A stretch of 64,000 nucleotides of DNA, taken from contig MU054391.1 in the NCBI GenBank assembly GCA_013239625.1, positions 5,229,824 to 5,293,823 of the forward strand, in the 5' to 3' direction. Position 1 is the stretch's first letter. Each line of letters opens with the position of its first letter. This DNA comes from Lama guanicoe. Lineage: Eukaryota. Of this stretch, positions 1 through 12,400 are shown one piece after another. Made by a program: the position numbers and the translations under genes. The notes under the pieces are model-generated. The model was not told the DNA's origin and did no database searches. It saw only the letters and a list, made by a program, of their open reading frames with translations.

Positions 1-307
1 TGGGGTCCCTTAAAAGTCCACCCCCTCAAAAAAGCCTGCTTAGTGGGGAGCCCCAGGTGGGGTACTCATAACAAAGGCACTCTGTAACAAAAAAAATGCC
101 CTCTAACAAAACATCATAATTAAAATTAAAAGGCAAAGAAATCGGGGGGGAACATTTGTTACAAGTGAGGGACAAGTAATATTCTAATATACTAAAAAAA
201 ATAAGTGTGCAAATTAATAAAAATACCAAACCTTCCCCCAAATTGCAAATTTAAATTGGAAACCTTTCCCTCCCACCAGTTATTATACACTTTTAAAAGA
301 TAATATT

Positions 308-400
308 GTATTTAATCAAACCTAAGATGCATTAGTGATGATGTACCATTATGTTATGAGCCATTAAGAAAGGAAAAATGCCACCTGTACAACCATAACC
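308..400. mobile_element. Old TcMar-Tc2 (Kanga/MER104-like) DNA transposon fragment
   Basis: tgtatttaatcaaacctaagatgcattag...accattatgttatgagccattaagaaagg resembles the recalled Kanga/MER104 terminus. Confidence 0.3.
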
Positions 401-705
401 CCTTTTTTTCACTTGATGTATAATTTTATTTCACGTAAAATAAAATGAAGGCATCAAGCCTTAAATGTAGGCTTCTGAAATGTAAATTGCTGATGTTTGT
501 GAGACAGATTTAGTCTCTTCACTAGAATTTTAATTATTGCAAGGCTCGCCTTAGCCTGAATGACAACTTACATTATCATTATCACCTAAACAAGCACTGA
601 ATCAAGAAAATGGAAAACCAAATATAAATTAAACACTAACTACCGCAATCCTTTAATGGGTGGAGTGCCAGCAACATACAAGTTCTGTTTTGTTTTTGTT
701 ACCTA

Positions 706-2945
706 ATAAACTTATTTTAGAAGAGTTTTACAGAAAAATTGTGAAGACAGTACAGAGTTCCCATATACCCAATACCCAGTTTCTCCCATTATTAACATGG
801 TATAATAGTGACATACACTTCTCACAGCTAATGAGCCAATATTAATATATTATTATGAAGCAAGTCCCAGACTGTACCCAGATGTTCTTTTTTTTTCACT
901 CAGTGTTCTGTCTCTGTGCCAGGACCTCACTCAGGACACCACGTTGTATTTAGTTGTCATGTCTCCTCAGGCTCCTTCCTTTTTCTGTGAAAGTTTCTCA
1001 GACTTTCCTCGTGTTTGAAGACGTTGACAGCTGTAAGGAGTACTGGCCAGGCATTTTTATAATGTCTCTAGAGTGGGATTTGCCTGACATTTTTCTCATT
1101 ATAAGACTGGGCTTTTAGGTTTGGGGAGGAGGAACATGAGCGTGCCATTTTAATCACTTCACATCAAGGGTTCAGACCACAAATAGGGCGTATCATGGCT
1201 GGTGCTGGCTTGATCACCTGGCTGAAGTCGTCTTTGTCATCTTTGTCAGGTGTCTGCACCGTGGAGTTACTCTTCTCCCTCTTTGGAAGGAAGCCACTGT
1301 ACACAGCCCACACTTAAGCAGTGGGAGGTTGCACTCTATTTCCTTAAGGGCAGAATATTTACATCAAATATTTAGAATTCTATGTACAAAAGATTTGTCT
1401 TTCTCCCTCACTTATTTACTTATCCAATCATTTTTATAACAGTATGGACTCATGGATATTTATTTTATACTCTGGGTTATAATCCAATACTATTTTTTTT
1501 GTTGTTCTTGTTCATATTGTTTCAGCTTTGGACTTTGGGTGCTCCTTTGTCTTTTTGACATACTTTGATCAATGTAGGTTTTATGTTTAAATCTGGGGTG
1601 TTTTTATTAGCACTTCCTTATTTTCTACTGCCATAAGATGCTGCAGAATCATCTTGTGTATTTCCTGTCCAGTCCTAGAATCAGCCACTTCTCTATGGAG
1701 CTCTGGTTACTTTTTTGAGGAACGATATTAGAAACCAAGAGCTGAGCACTAGGTGTGCTCATGAACACTGGGGTATCATTGCTTCTAGTCCTTCTCAGCT
1801 GACAGAGCAAGGAGAGGCATGTGTGTAGACTGAACCATGTCTATATATGCGTCTATAAATAATCCTAGGTGTAGCCATCTGTACTGATAGTAAGCTAAGC
1901 ATGAGTTCATACTGAAATCTCCAGCTGTAATCCCTCACCACAAAGATCATTCTGGCCTCCTTCCCTTCCTTATCTGTAAATAGTGAGAAAACTGGCTCCA
2001 TCCATGACACCTACTTACTTAATTGTTTAATTCCCTTATGCACGTTGTAGCAGTATCAGAGTTGTTTGTTACTAGAACCCTGGTGAGAAAAATCTTTTTT
2101 AGCTAGAGGACAGTATTTATGTGCCACTGATTTTGCCTTTATTCTTACAGACTCCACTCACTTTCAGAGTTACTCAGCACCTTTTCCTCCACCCCCTTCA
2201 GTGAGGTCGTTTCACACTTTGGTAATATGATGAGATTCATTTTGTCACATTCTGCATTGTATCCTGTGGTCCCATGACTTCCAAGATGATTTTCTTTTTT
2301 GCAGGCATGAAACTTCACTCTCTGTGTTGAACAGCTCTATGGGTTTTGACAAATGCATAATATGATGTATTCATTATTACACTATCTTACACAACAGGGT
2401 CAACGCCCTATAAAAAAAAAATCCACTGTACTTCAACTATTTAACCTTCCTCCCCTCCAAACTCCTGGTGACCATTGATTATTTATCTTTTCTATAGTTT
2501 TGTCTTTTCCAGAGCATAAAACAAATGGACTCATACAGTATGTTACCTTTTCAGACTGGCTGCTTTCACTTAGTAATATGCCTTTAAGATTCATCCATGT
2601 CTTTGTATGGCTTGACAGCTCCTCTTTTTTTTTTTTTTAACTATGAATAGTATTCCATTGTCTGGATGTACCGCGGTATGTATATCCATTTACCTGTTGA
2701 AGGACATTGGCTGCTTCCAGTTTTGAATAAAGCTTTTATAAACATTCATGTGCACATTTTTATGTGGATATAAGTTTTCAAATCAGTTAGGTAAATACTT
2801 AAGAGTGTAATTGCTGGATCCTAAGGTAAGGCTATGTTTAGCTTTGTAAGAACCTACCAAATTGTCTTCCAAAGTAGCTGTGCCATTTTGCATCCTCAGT
2901 AGTAACACTTGAGGGTTGTTGTTGGCCATATCCTCTCCAGCAATA
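706..2945 (-). mobile_element. Old LINE-1 3' region (L1MC/L1MD-like), antisense
   Basis: Typical antisense L1 3'UTR and ORF2-end text: gagttttacagaaaaattgtgaagacagtacagagttccc at the start; gaatagtattccattgtctggatgtacc and ttccaaagtagctgtgccattttgcatcc near the end. Confidence 0.8.
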
Positions 2946-2969
2946 TTCACTCTGGCTGTTTAAGCCAAA

Positions 2970-3440
2970 CACAGTTTTGTTATAGGACAGTAGAAAACTC
3001 AGAGAACTCACCTCTGGGATGGCCAGACTCTGGACTCTGTGGCTCACTGCCCAGAACAATGTCTACATGTGCCACCACAGCTGGTTGTGCAAAACTTGAC
3101 AGCCGCTGCTGCTCAGTACAAGGGTTGCACAGAGGCACTCCTCCACTGCAGCCCCTGAGATTCAGATGCTGCCGCCACCCTTGCCAGACAATCCACACCC
3201 CTGTGCATGGCAGTCTATAACATCACCCACCTCCAAGGTTTAGTGTTACTAGGTATATCTGAATCTATGCCCCAGTCTGCAACTGCAGCCCAAAGTAGTC
3301 TGTGAATGGGAGTCTTCTGGGCTCTGCCTTGTCAAGGCAAGAAGTGGAAAGTGGGAAATTACTAAATTACTCAAGTGTAGGGATGGTGTCAAGGATGCTC
3401 CACCGGTAAACATGACACCTGTCTACTACAGACTGTTCTG
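2970..3440 (-). mobile_element. Probable ancient LTR fragment (MLT1/LTR33-like)
   Basis: Loose resemblance only (aaagtagtctgtgaatgggagtcttctgggctctgcc); no clear termini. Confidence 0.25.
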
Positions 3441-3479
3441 CAATGTGTAATAGGAAAGACAGTGAGAAGCAACATAAGA

Positions 3480-3790
3480 GTCCAATAAAAGGGCAGTGAT
3501 CAAATAAAATACCAACTACCCATGAGATGAAATATCATACAGCCATTAAAGTTTCTATTGTTTTTTAAGAATGTCTGATCTGAGAATTCTGTATACTTAA
3601 GCTATGATATTAGAGGGGAAATCTGGATGCAATTCTGTATATACAGGTGACCAAAATTTCAAAAATAAAATTCTGTGTATACATGGAATAAAGCCTGGAG
3701 GAACACAACACATAATTTTGACAGTGGGTTCTTCTAAGTTGATTTTACTTTTCTTCTTGATAATTTTTTTAAGTTTTCCATAAATTTTTC
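3480..3790 (+). mobile_element. Ancient L1ME-like 3' fragment
   Basis: gtccaataaaagggcagtg...gaaatatcatacagccattaaag...gattttacttttcttcttg follows the L1ME 3' end pattern. Confidence 0.5.
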
Positions 3791-3805
3791 TTTTAAAAAA
3801 TGTAC

Positions 3806-5012
3806 AATGTATACTCAGTAGTGAGACACTGAAAGTATTTCCTCCTTAGATAAGGAACAAGACAAGGATGCCCACTCTCACTACTTTTATTCAACATAGT
3901 ATTTGAAGTCCTAGCCACAGCAATCAGACAAGAAAGAGAAGTAAAAGGAATCCAAACTGGAAAGGAAGAAGTAAAGCTGTAACTGTTTGCAGATGACATG
4001 ATATTATATATAGAAAATCCTAAAGATACTACCAAAAAACTACTAGAACTCATCAATGAATTTGGTAAAGTTGGAGGCTACGAAATTAATATACAGAAAT
4101 CTGTCACATTTCTACACACTAACAACAAATTATCAAAAAGAGAAATTAAAAAACAATGCCATTTACAATCTCATTGAAAAGGATGCAATACCTAGAAATA
4201 AATCTTTCTAAGGAGATAAAAGATCTGTACTCGGAAAACTATAAGACACTGATGAAAGAAATTGAAGATGACACAAACAATGGAAAGATATACCATGCTC
4301 ATGGATTGAAAGAATTAATTTTGTTATAATGATCATACTGCCCAAGGCAATCTATAGAGTCAATGCAATCCCTATAAAAATACCAAAGGATTTTTCACAG
4401 AACTAGAACAAATAATTATAAAATTTGTACAGAAACACAAAATATCCTGAATAGTTAAAATAATCTTGAGAAAGAAAAATATAGTGGTGGTATCACACTG
4501 CCTGGCTTCAGACTATAATACAAAGCTACAGTAATCAAAACAGCATGGTAATGGCACAAAATCAGACACATAAATCAATGAAACAGAACAGAGAGGCCAG
4601 AAATGAACTTACACTTGCTTAGTCAATTAATCTATGACAAAGGAGGCAAGAATATACAATGAGGAAAAGACAGCATTTTTGAAAAATGTGTTGGGAACAT
4701 GGGAAAGCTACATGCAGAAGAATCAACTGGACTCCTTTCTCTCACCACACACAAAAATAAATTCAAAATGGATTAAAGACTTAAGTGTAAGTCCTGAAAC
4801 CATAAAAGAAGAAAACATAGGCACTTTGACATCAGTCTTTTTGGATACGTCTCCTCAGGCAAGGTAAATAAAAACAAAGATAAACAAATGGGACTACATC
4901 AAACTAAAAAGCTTTTGCATGGCAAAGGAATCGCCTATCAACAAGATAAAAGGGCTGCCTATGGAATGGGAGAAGATATTTGCAAATGATATATCCAACA
5001 AGGGGTTCACAT
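3806..5012 (+). mobile_element. LINE-1 ORF2 fragment (reverse transcriptase region), disrupted
   Basis: Translates [57 protein letters not shown], containing the L1 RT QGCPLS and FADD motifs with an in-frame stop; downstream HTKINSKWIKDL; truncated at both ends. Confidence 0.95.
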
Positions 5013-5286
5013 CTATATGTGTCCTTCCAAATATAGAAGTCTGGAATGAATGATCTCCAGGGTATCCTGCTGAGGCCTGGAATCTTCTATCCCTTCAAAC
5101 ATCAAAAACAAACAAACAGAGGCTCTTCCTCTGAGGGAAAGGAGCACTCAGGCTTCCAGAGGATGGGAGAAATATTTTACTTTAATTCCCTCCAGGTGGG
5201 TCTACAGCAATGAAAACAAACTGTAGGGCAAATATCAGTGGATCTCTATTCTACATTAAATTATAAATAAATCTCTGTGCCACACA

Positions 5287-5689
5287 TGTATTTTAGGGCT
5301 GAATTGTGTCCCCCTAAAATTCTTAAGTTGAAGCCTAACTTCCAGGATCTCTTAATGGGACCTTACTTGGACACAGGATCTTTAAAGAAATAATTAAGTC
5401 AAAATGAGGTCATTAGGCTGTGCCCTAATCCAGTGTGTCTGGTGTCTTTATAAGAAGAGGCGATTAGGACACAGACACGCACAGAAGGAAGATCACGTGG
5501 AGACACAGGGAGAAGACAAAACTCTGCAAACCCAAGGAGAGAGGCCTTAGAAGGAATGGATCCTTCTGACACGTGGATCTCAGACTTCCAGCCTCCAGAA
5601 CGCTGAGAAAATACATTTCTGTTGTTTCAGCTCCTCATTCTGTGGTACGTTGTTATGGCAGCCGTAGCAAGCTAGCAAACTAATAAACA
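5287..5689 (+). mobile_element. MaLR solo LTR (MLT1A/B/C-like)
   Basis: gggctgaattgtgtcccctaaaattc at the start and gtggtacgttgttatggcagcc...aaactaata at the end, as in MLT1. Confidence 0.9.
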
Positions 5690-6244
5690 TGATTTCTGAG
5701 CATAAGGCAGGTGCTGTAGCAGATTCATAAACACTTGTGGATTTGTGATTATAGATTAATAACAGTAGGATTTAGCTTAAGGAGTAGGGACTTTAGGCTG
5801 GGCTTTTGAATTTTAATTCTTTTAATTCCTTCATTGTCTGCCTGGCCTGGTATCTGCCTGGTAACTTCTCTAGTCCTTGGATTCCTTGTTTACGCAATGA
5901 AAGGGTCTGACTAGATTATCTTTAAGCAATCAGTTTCCGAATCCACGCTTGATACAATTGTTAGAAATCCCTGAGTCACTCCATCCCAGCTTTTACGCAG
6001 TATGCTTTGTGCAACACTGGAACTTAAAGATAACAGGCACCTCTCCAAAAAGAGGGCAAGGAAATTTGGGAAATTCTGTTTTTTATATCCCACTTTTGGA
6101 AAGACCCATTAGCATCTTAAAGAATCTTAAAAAAAAAAAAAAAGCCCTACAGGAAAGAAAACCGTTGGTTTAACAAAGCATCTCCTAAGTTTATGGGAGC
6201 CCAGGGCACTTTTTCCAAGCCTGCGACATTTATAAACATCCCAA

Positions 6245-6858
6245 TGATACAGGAAAAATTGGCGGCAAGGGGATGGCCATGTCCCAGATCTCAGCTGAAT
6301 CCCTCAGACATGCCCCGCCAAGGGTGGGTCCTTGGCTCCATGCAGGAAAGAATTCAGAAGCGAGCCACAGTTGAGCAGAGGTAGATTTATTTAAAGAGAT
6401 ACATACTGCATAGCATGCAGGCTGTTTCAGAAGGCGAGAGAAAGGCCTCGAGGTGTGGGGGTTGGGTGCTCAGGTTAAAGTAAAAGTAGGTCCACACTCC
6501 ATAGACAGAGTGCAGGCCATCTCACTCAGAAGGGAGAGCGGCCACGAGGTATGGGGGCTGTTAGCTTTTATGGGCTTGGTAGCTTCATACGTTAACAAGT
6601 GGGAGGATTATTCCAGCCACTATGGGGGAAGAGGCTGGGATTTCCAGGAATGGGGCCACCATCCACTTTTTGACCTTTTATGGTCAGCCTCAGAACTGTC
6701 ATGGTGCCTGTGGGAGTGCCATTCACCATGCTAATATATTACAATGAGCATATAATGAGGCTCAAGGCCTACTGGGAGTCAAATCTCCTGCCATCTTGGT
6801 GTTAATTGCTGTGTCATTCCTTGAGTGGCTGTGCCCTGCCCCCTTCCCTCCTGTCTCA
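6245..6858 (-). mobile_element. ERV1-class solo LTR with 4-bp TSD
   Basis: TG...CA termini (tgatacagg / cctgtctca, an imperfect inverted repeat) flanked by CCAA at 6241-6244 and 6859-6862; antisense polyA signal tttatt near 6386. Confidence 0.85.
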
Positions 6859-6916
6859 CCAAGGTGATAATATTCCACAGATCTTGCTTGGACAATGCTA
6901 AGCTGTCACTTCACGA

Positions 6917-7810
6917 CGTTAAAAGAGAATAATCCTGACACACTTGATTCAGGAGACTTGCAATACGGGTTGATTTTATTGCAACAGGGGAAAAGGATTG
7001 GGCTCAGCCCCGAACACAGCAAGGATAAGTTCTGTCATAGCAAAGGAGCAAAACGGGAGGGTCAGTGGATGCAAAATTACCAACAGGGGACATTGAAAGT
7101 TGGGGCATCTTGCTAAGCCTGAAACGGAGCAGGACCCTGCAGGGTCCTCCCTGGTACAAACCCTTTCCCAGTTCCCCGTTTCTCTTACGTAGGAAATAAG
7201 TTTCATTCAGCCTCCTGAGTTCCAAAGGGCAGGTTCAGACAGTTGCTAATCAGGGAAGGGAGGGAGTGCAGAGATAAGGGAGGAACTCAAGAAACGCGAG
7301 TGCAGCCCAGAGGCAGGGTCCTGGCTCCTTCTGCAGGACCCAAGGCCCCGCCCAGGCGGAGGATGGCAACTTCCAACTGAGCACACTTCCTAGAGCACCG
7401 CCCCGTTACCTCCCCACCAACCAATCAGAGGAGAGTCACACACCTTGCAGCCCTCACCCCAAATTCTGCCTTTAAAATCTTCTGCACAAAAACCGTCGGG
7501 GAGTTCAGGTATTTCGAGCACAAGCCACCCGTTCTCCTTGCCCAGCCCTAGCTTGCTGTGATCCCAACTCTGACGTTCCGGTTCGTTTGGCCTCGCTGCG
7601 CTGACGGGGCTCTTGCTGAGGGCAGGCCGGGGCGACAGACATTAAGAGTAGGGGGTGAGGAGTTTGGTCAGATATCAAGGGTCGGGGGGATACTCGCTAA
7701 GCAAGCAGGACTCTGGCAAAAACGGGACTTGCGAGGCTACCGCCTAGGGAGGCCCTGTCAAAAGGGGGCTCGGAGGGGCTGGCCGGAGTTTGGGTGTCAC
7801 CGGTTCGTCT
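6917..7810 (-). mobile_element. ERV1-class LTR (MER34/MER39-like), split by a nested LTR
   Basis: Segments 6917-7119 and ~7601-7810 resemble the reverse complement of the LTR at 58785-59414 (e.g. tcttgctgagggcagg, tttggtcagat, ttgggctcag). Confidence 0.7.
7120..7600 (+). mobile_element. Nested ERV1-class LTR, 3' end deleted
   Basis: Starts TGAAACGGAG; GC box at 7344-7353, CCAAT at 7421, TATA-like tttaaaa at 7471; interrupts the outer LTR. Confidence 0.7.
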
Positions 7811-7954
7811 GTGATCATTAATCATAAACAAGAAGCTGCTGTGAAATCTTTATCACTCAGTCTTCTTTTACTTTCTCAGTAAATAATCTCAAGATGGTCT
7901 CATTTTCCAAGAGGGAAAACAGATGGGAACCCCGTAACAGGACTTGAACTGTAC

Positions 7955-8642
7955 TGGTTTTGGACTAATGACCGTACAGCATCTGCTGTGGACACGGGAG
8001 AAGGTTCCCGAAGTCAGCTGGGGCAGAGGCGCATCTGGACGGTAGTGAAGGAGGATTGATAACATGGCCACACTTAGGCTAACAGCCTGCTTGTTCTTAT
8101 GCTCGCCCTTAGAAAGGTCAACAGACCTGACCAACAGGTTGCTCCCCACAGCTCCAGGCCCACTGGTAAAACTAAGGCTATTGGCCTTACTGTTTGCACT
8201 TTATTCCAGTAATTGAAAGTAATCATCATGCTTGGTCTCTGAGTCATTCTCCAAGGAGGAGTTCACAGGACTATAACCTTACAAAATAGCCTGAATTACT
8301 AAGAAGACCACGCTTTGGGTGCTTATAAAATAAAGAGATGGAAAGAGTGACAACCACTAGCGTCCGCAGAATCGGTCGCCTGGAGGCATCATGACGCCAT
8401 TCTAAGTCTTCTGAAGAGAAAATGATTCTGTTGACTGTTATCGAAGCTTTATTGTTTGAGCCATAGCTATGTAACCACCCCACCCCATCCCCAAGGGGGG
8501 TTCACAGTTTTGAAGGCACTAGCCTGCTGGGAGTCCCCTTTGCCTGGCACAGTAATAAAGCTGCCTCTTTTCTTCTAAGCTCCAAGACCTTGTCTCTGGG
8601 TTATTCGGCTCGTCAGGGATGGGGGCTGATCTTTCAGCAACA
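7955..8642 (+). mobile_element. ERV1-class solo LTR
   Basis: TG...CA termini flanked by GTAC at 7951-7954 and 8643-8646; AATAAA near 8554 followed by a U5-like tail ending ctttcagcaaca. Confidence 0.75.
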
Positions 8643-9106
8643 GTACTGACCCACCAGTGCTGGTTTTGGACCTGACGGTGCCAGGCACTTGCCCCTGTTC
8701 AAAAACCCATCAGGCATTTCCAACGACCCAGAGAAGTTCAACTACACAAGAGGCCAGGGCTACGTGTGGCCAAGTCTGAAGACTATTTCAATCCACAGTG
8801 TTAGCACATCTGCTCCCTGTTCTGTCTGTCACCTCATGTTATTCACAGCAGCTGTAGGACATTTCTACATTAAGGTGGCAGCATCCTTTTTCACTGGGAC
8901 ATGGATTTGTGTGAGGCGAGAAGGCTGTGTTCACGAAAAATGTGGCAAAAAACAGTGGTGGTGTTTTCCCCTCAAACTGCACTGTTTATCCGAAAGCTAT
9001 TTATGACAAAGGCTTAAAACCCAATCGGAATGGGATGGGGTTATATAAACACTTCCTTTGCACCTATACAAATCCCTGGGGCTGAAACTAAACTCTAAGA
9101 AAATTC

Positions 9107-9138
9107 TATTTTAGTACATGTGCTGCCGAAGCGAGCAC
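9107..9138 (-). pseudogene. 3'-truncated U6 snRNA retropseudogene
   Basis: Reverse complement GTGCTCGCTTCGGCAGCACATGTACTAAAAT matches the U6 5' end (GTGCTCGCTTCGGCAGCACATATACTAAAAT) with one mismatch; direct repeat taagaaaattc at 9096-9106 and 9139-9149. Confidence 0.93.
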
Positions 9139-9199
9139 TAAGAAAATTCAATAATGACAAAAGAGGAATGAATGTTAAGAACTGCCTGGTTTGGTGATT

Positions 9200-9380
9200 C
9201 CACATCCTAGCTGCATCTGGGTCACCTGGGGAGCTTGCCTGGGTCTTGCCCCCTGAGATTCTGATTCAATTGATCCCAGGAGAGAGAGGGAAGGCTACTC
9301 TGAGCTTTTAAGAGAAAACACTTATTCATAATCTCCCCAGGTGACTTAAATGTCTAACCAGGGTTGAGATCATTGATCTA
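9200..9380. mobile_element. MER5-like hAT-Charlie MITE
   Basis: ctgcatctgggtcacctggggagctt...gagattctgattcaatt...ctccccaggtgact...gggttgagatcattg. Confidence 0.7.
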
Positions 9381-9384
9381 TTCC

Positions 9385-9470
9385 AGACTCTTTACTTTAT
9401 GGGTGAGAAAACTGAGGTCCAGAGAGAGGGAGTAACTCGTGTAAGGCCACATAGCTAGTTAGTGACAAAG
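9385..9470 (-). mobile_element. MIR SINE fragment
   Basis: tgagaaaactgaggtccagagagagggagtaactcgtgtaaggccacatagctagt is the antisense MIR core. Confidence 0.8.
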
Positions 9471-12400
9471 CCAAAAAATAAAACAGGCATTATGCATTAC
9501 TGCAGGTTTTAAGAGGCTTACTTAACTTCACCTGGTAACCCCAGATGGCACCCATTGTTCACTTCCGGTCTTAGAAACCAAGGAACAAAAATCTACACAC
9601 TTCTGACTAGTGTTCATCTGAATTCACTCATGATCTGGATGTGCTGATTATAAGAATACGAAGTTGACCAAGAGTAAATGGAAAAAAGTTATACTTCAAC
9701 CCTTGGGTTTAAAAGTTTCTAATTATTTATCTCTAGGTTGCATGCATCATATGCACCACATCAAACAGATATCATCGCAATATCATTATCTGAAGATAAT
9801 CAATATTGGGAAGAGTCACTAAAGAATAAAACAAGGACTAAATTTTTGTAGTAAATAGTGAAAAAGGTTGACTGGGACTTTATCTTGAAAAATGAAAGTA
9901 TACCTTTTATTTATAATTGCTGTGACAAACTACCTCTTAGAATGAACAAAGAAGGAAGTAAATGTTGACGGCTTTCCTTGGCATTATTTTCCCACAACAA
10001 CCAACCACATCCTTCACTTCCCATCTGGCTTTCAAAAAATGATCTTAAAGAGAAGCACACTAGCAAAAACATTTCAGAGCTTCACGAATTTTCCCACGGG
10101 TTTCTCTTAATCCTTTGTTATTCAGACACTTCTCTTCAAGCAGCGTTTCTGTGTTCTTAGTTGTTCCCTGTTCTTCGCTGGGTACCACCTGTTCTCCAGC
10201 CTCATTTCACGCACTTCATCAAAATCCTCCATCCTTTGAAAACTTGACAATATCACTTTACAAGCAATTTGCATGTGCTTGCCTCACATGTGCACATTTC
10301 CATATAGAATTACAGTGTGAGAGAGACTGATGAAGACATAGCTAGAATCATCAGGGATGGCTATGCCAACAGCAAGTAGGAGGGACGTTTGAATGGGGAC
10401 TGATTTTATAAGTGGTCAGTTCTTTAATGATTACTTCCTGACAGCACAAGGCTTCTCCGCACATTCATCTAGAACTCTGGAGACTTGGGTAATGATTGCG
10501 CAGCGAGGGAGCACACCCTACACTGGAAGGCAATCCCCGGGGATCAACGCAGCGTCTATGGAAATGAGCCTGTCATCTCTGCAGACAGGAAAGGCAGGCT
10601 TTGCAACTCACCCACCATGGTAGCTACTCTCTGCCTAGAACACCTCTCTTCCTTTTTATGGTGAGAGATCTCACCCCGCTGATTACAGTGGGCAGACACG
10701 TGCCCTGTGCTTTGAGGTTGGTAACGGGGTCTTCCTTCCCCCGTAAGTGAAATTCTCGTTTCTAGACCAGTTGTTTCTCAGCTCGTGTCCAGCAGCATGG
10801 TCCACCCAGACCAGGTGCAGCCCTAGCTCCTTGGAAGCCGAGATTGGGGATCCTAGCTCTGAAGGTAGGAAGGTGACGTTGGCAGCATTTCCTCTGCCTT
10901 AAAGGCTGCATGCCTAGGATGACGTCTCACTCAGATCTGCTGACTGGTTGGCCCGGCAGCTGCCGCTGTCTGACCCTCAGTGGTCTCCTCGTCCTATGCT
11001 GTTACCACCAGAGGTCGAGCTGCAGGCTTCCCAAGGAAAAGGAGGTGGGAGGGTGTCTTCTTCAGGACAGAAAAGAAAGGCTCAAATACTCAAGCTTCCT
11101 GGCTGTATGTTAAAGGGACAAAGCAAAGACATCGTGGCCCCCCATCCCCTGTTCAGAATGAACCAAGGCTTCAATAGCTCTGCTGTTCACAAGGGGTTTT
11201 ATAGGAAAACAATTTATACTGAAGTGCAGACGTGGACCTGAGGCAGGGTCTGCTTGGTGACATGATGGGTCAGAAATTGACTTTTAATTAATCCAGAGCC
11301 CGAGTGAACATTCTGTGTGTGATGGGGGAGGGAGGGGAAGGCATGGCATGCGGACAGTCTCCAAAGTCAGCCACGGTGGTGCAGGGGGTGAGGATTTAAG
11401 CCCCACCCTCCCCATGAGATCAGCAGAGGCAAGCTACTTCTCCCTGGTGGGTCCTTGTGCCGGGCAGTGGTACCATCATCTGGTTAGCCCTTGGGGATCT
11501 GGAAACCCGCACTTCTGTATGTGTGGTCTTTTGCCTTATATCACAGTCTCCATTCAAGTTTTTATCCTGTGCCATTAAATTAACTTTATAACTTCTAACT
11601 ATGTATCTTTCCATCCATCACATTGCCGGCCCTTTGTGACACCCAGGCAGAGAGGTTTAGACCACAGTTATGAGAAGACTCATCTGTTTCAGAGTGTCAG
11701 ATCTGAGTTCAGGGATCCTAGCAGGAGAACCCCTTCATTCTGGCTCTGTTGGCCACAGTGCTGTACATGACTACCTGCAGGTAGCTCATTAGAGATTCGA
11801 GGTTATGACAATGTGAAATCCAATGTTATAATACAGTTACTTAATACCGGCACTGCTTTCAAAAGTTCTTTCTCAGCTTGGAGATTTTCCAAAGGTTCTG
11901 AGTCCAATTTTCCATTTTGACATGTTAAAAATTATCGTGGGTAAATTGTTCCACAGCTAGTTTTGGGTCTGATGCCAATGCAATTTCCTGTGAATTAAAC
12001 AAAATTGCTCCTTATAGAATTGAAGGCATTGATATTTTATCTGGGGGGAAAAAAGACCTAGAAATTATTCCTTCCAACCTGGGTTGTATGGAAAGTGTAC
12101 TATTGGCAAGGTGACCCCAGTTATCTTGATCCATAAAAACAGCATCCAATCCATTTCTACCAGCAATATTTCAATTCCATGGAGAAGTCTTCCCCATGCA
12201 TGGAGCCTTCAGAGCCCTGGGAGAAATTCAAAAGCTATTCCTTTCTCTTGAGGCTGCATCAGCCAACTGCCTACCAGACAGACTCGTATACCTAGGACTC
12301 GTATTGAAGGTACCTGTTAGAAGCATAAATGGCCACCTTGGGAGGGTATGTGCCCTAATAGGCTAGGGATAGTGTGTAAGTGTCCCAGATAATTCAGTCG

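Noticed and set aside
1..300. Homopolymer-rich start of the window as a distinct element
   Set aside because: It could be a decayed L1 fragment or lower-quality sequence, and cannot be resolved by eye.
3806..5012. Reverse transcriptase as part of a novel retron-like or defence system
   Set aside because: It is an ordinary mammalian L1 ORF2 fragment with a stop codon just before the FADD motif and truncation at both ends.
9107..9138. Functional U6 snRNA gene
   Set aside because: Only the first ~31 nt are present, flanked by a TSD, and no upstream PSE/TATA promoter is evident.
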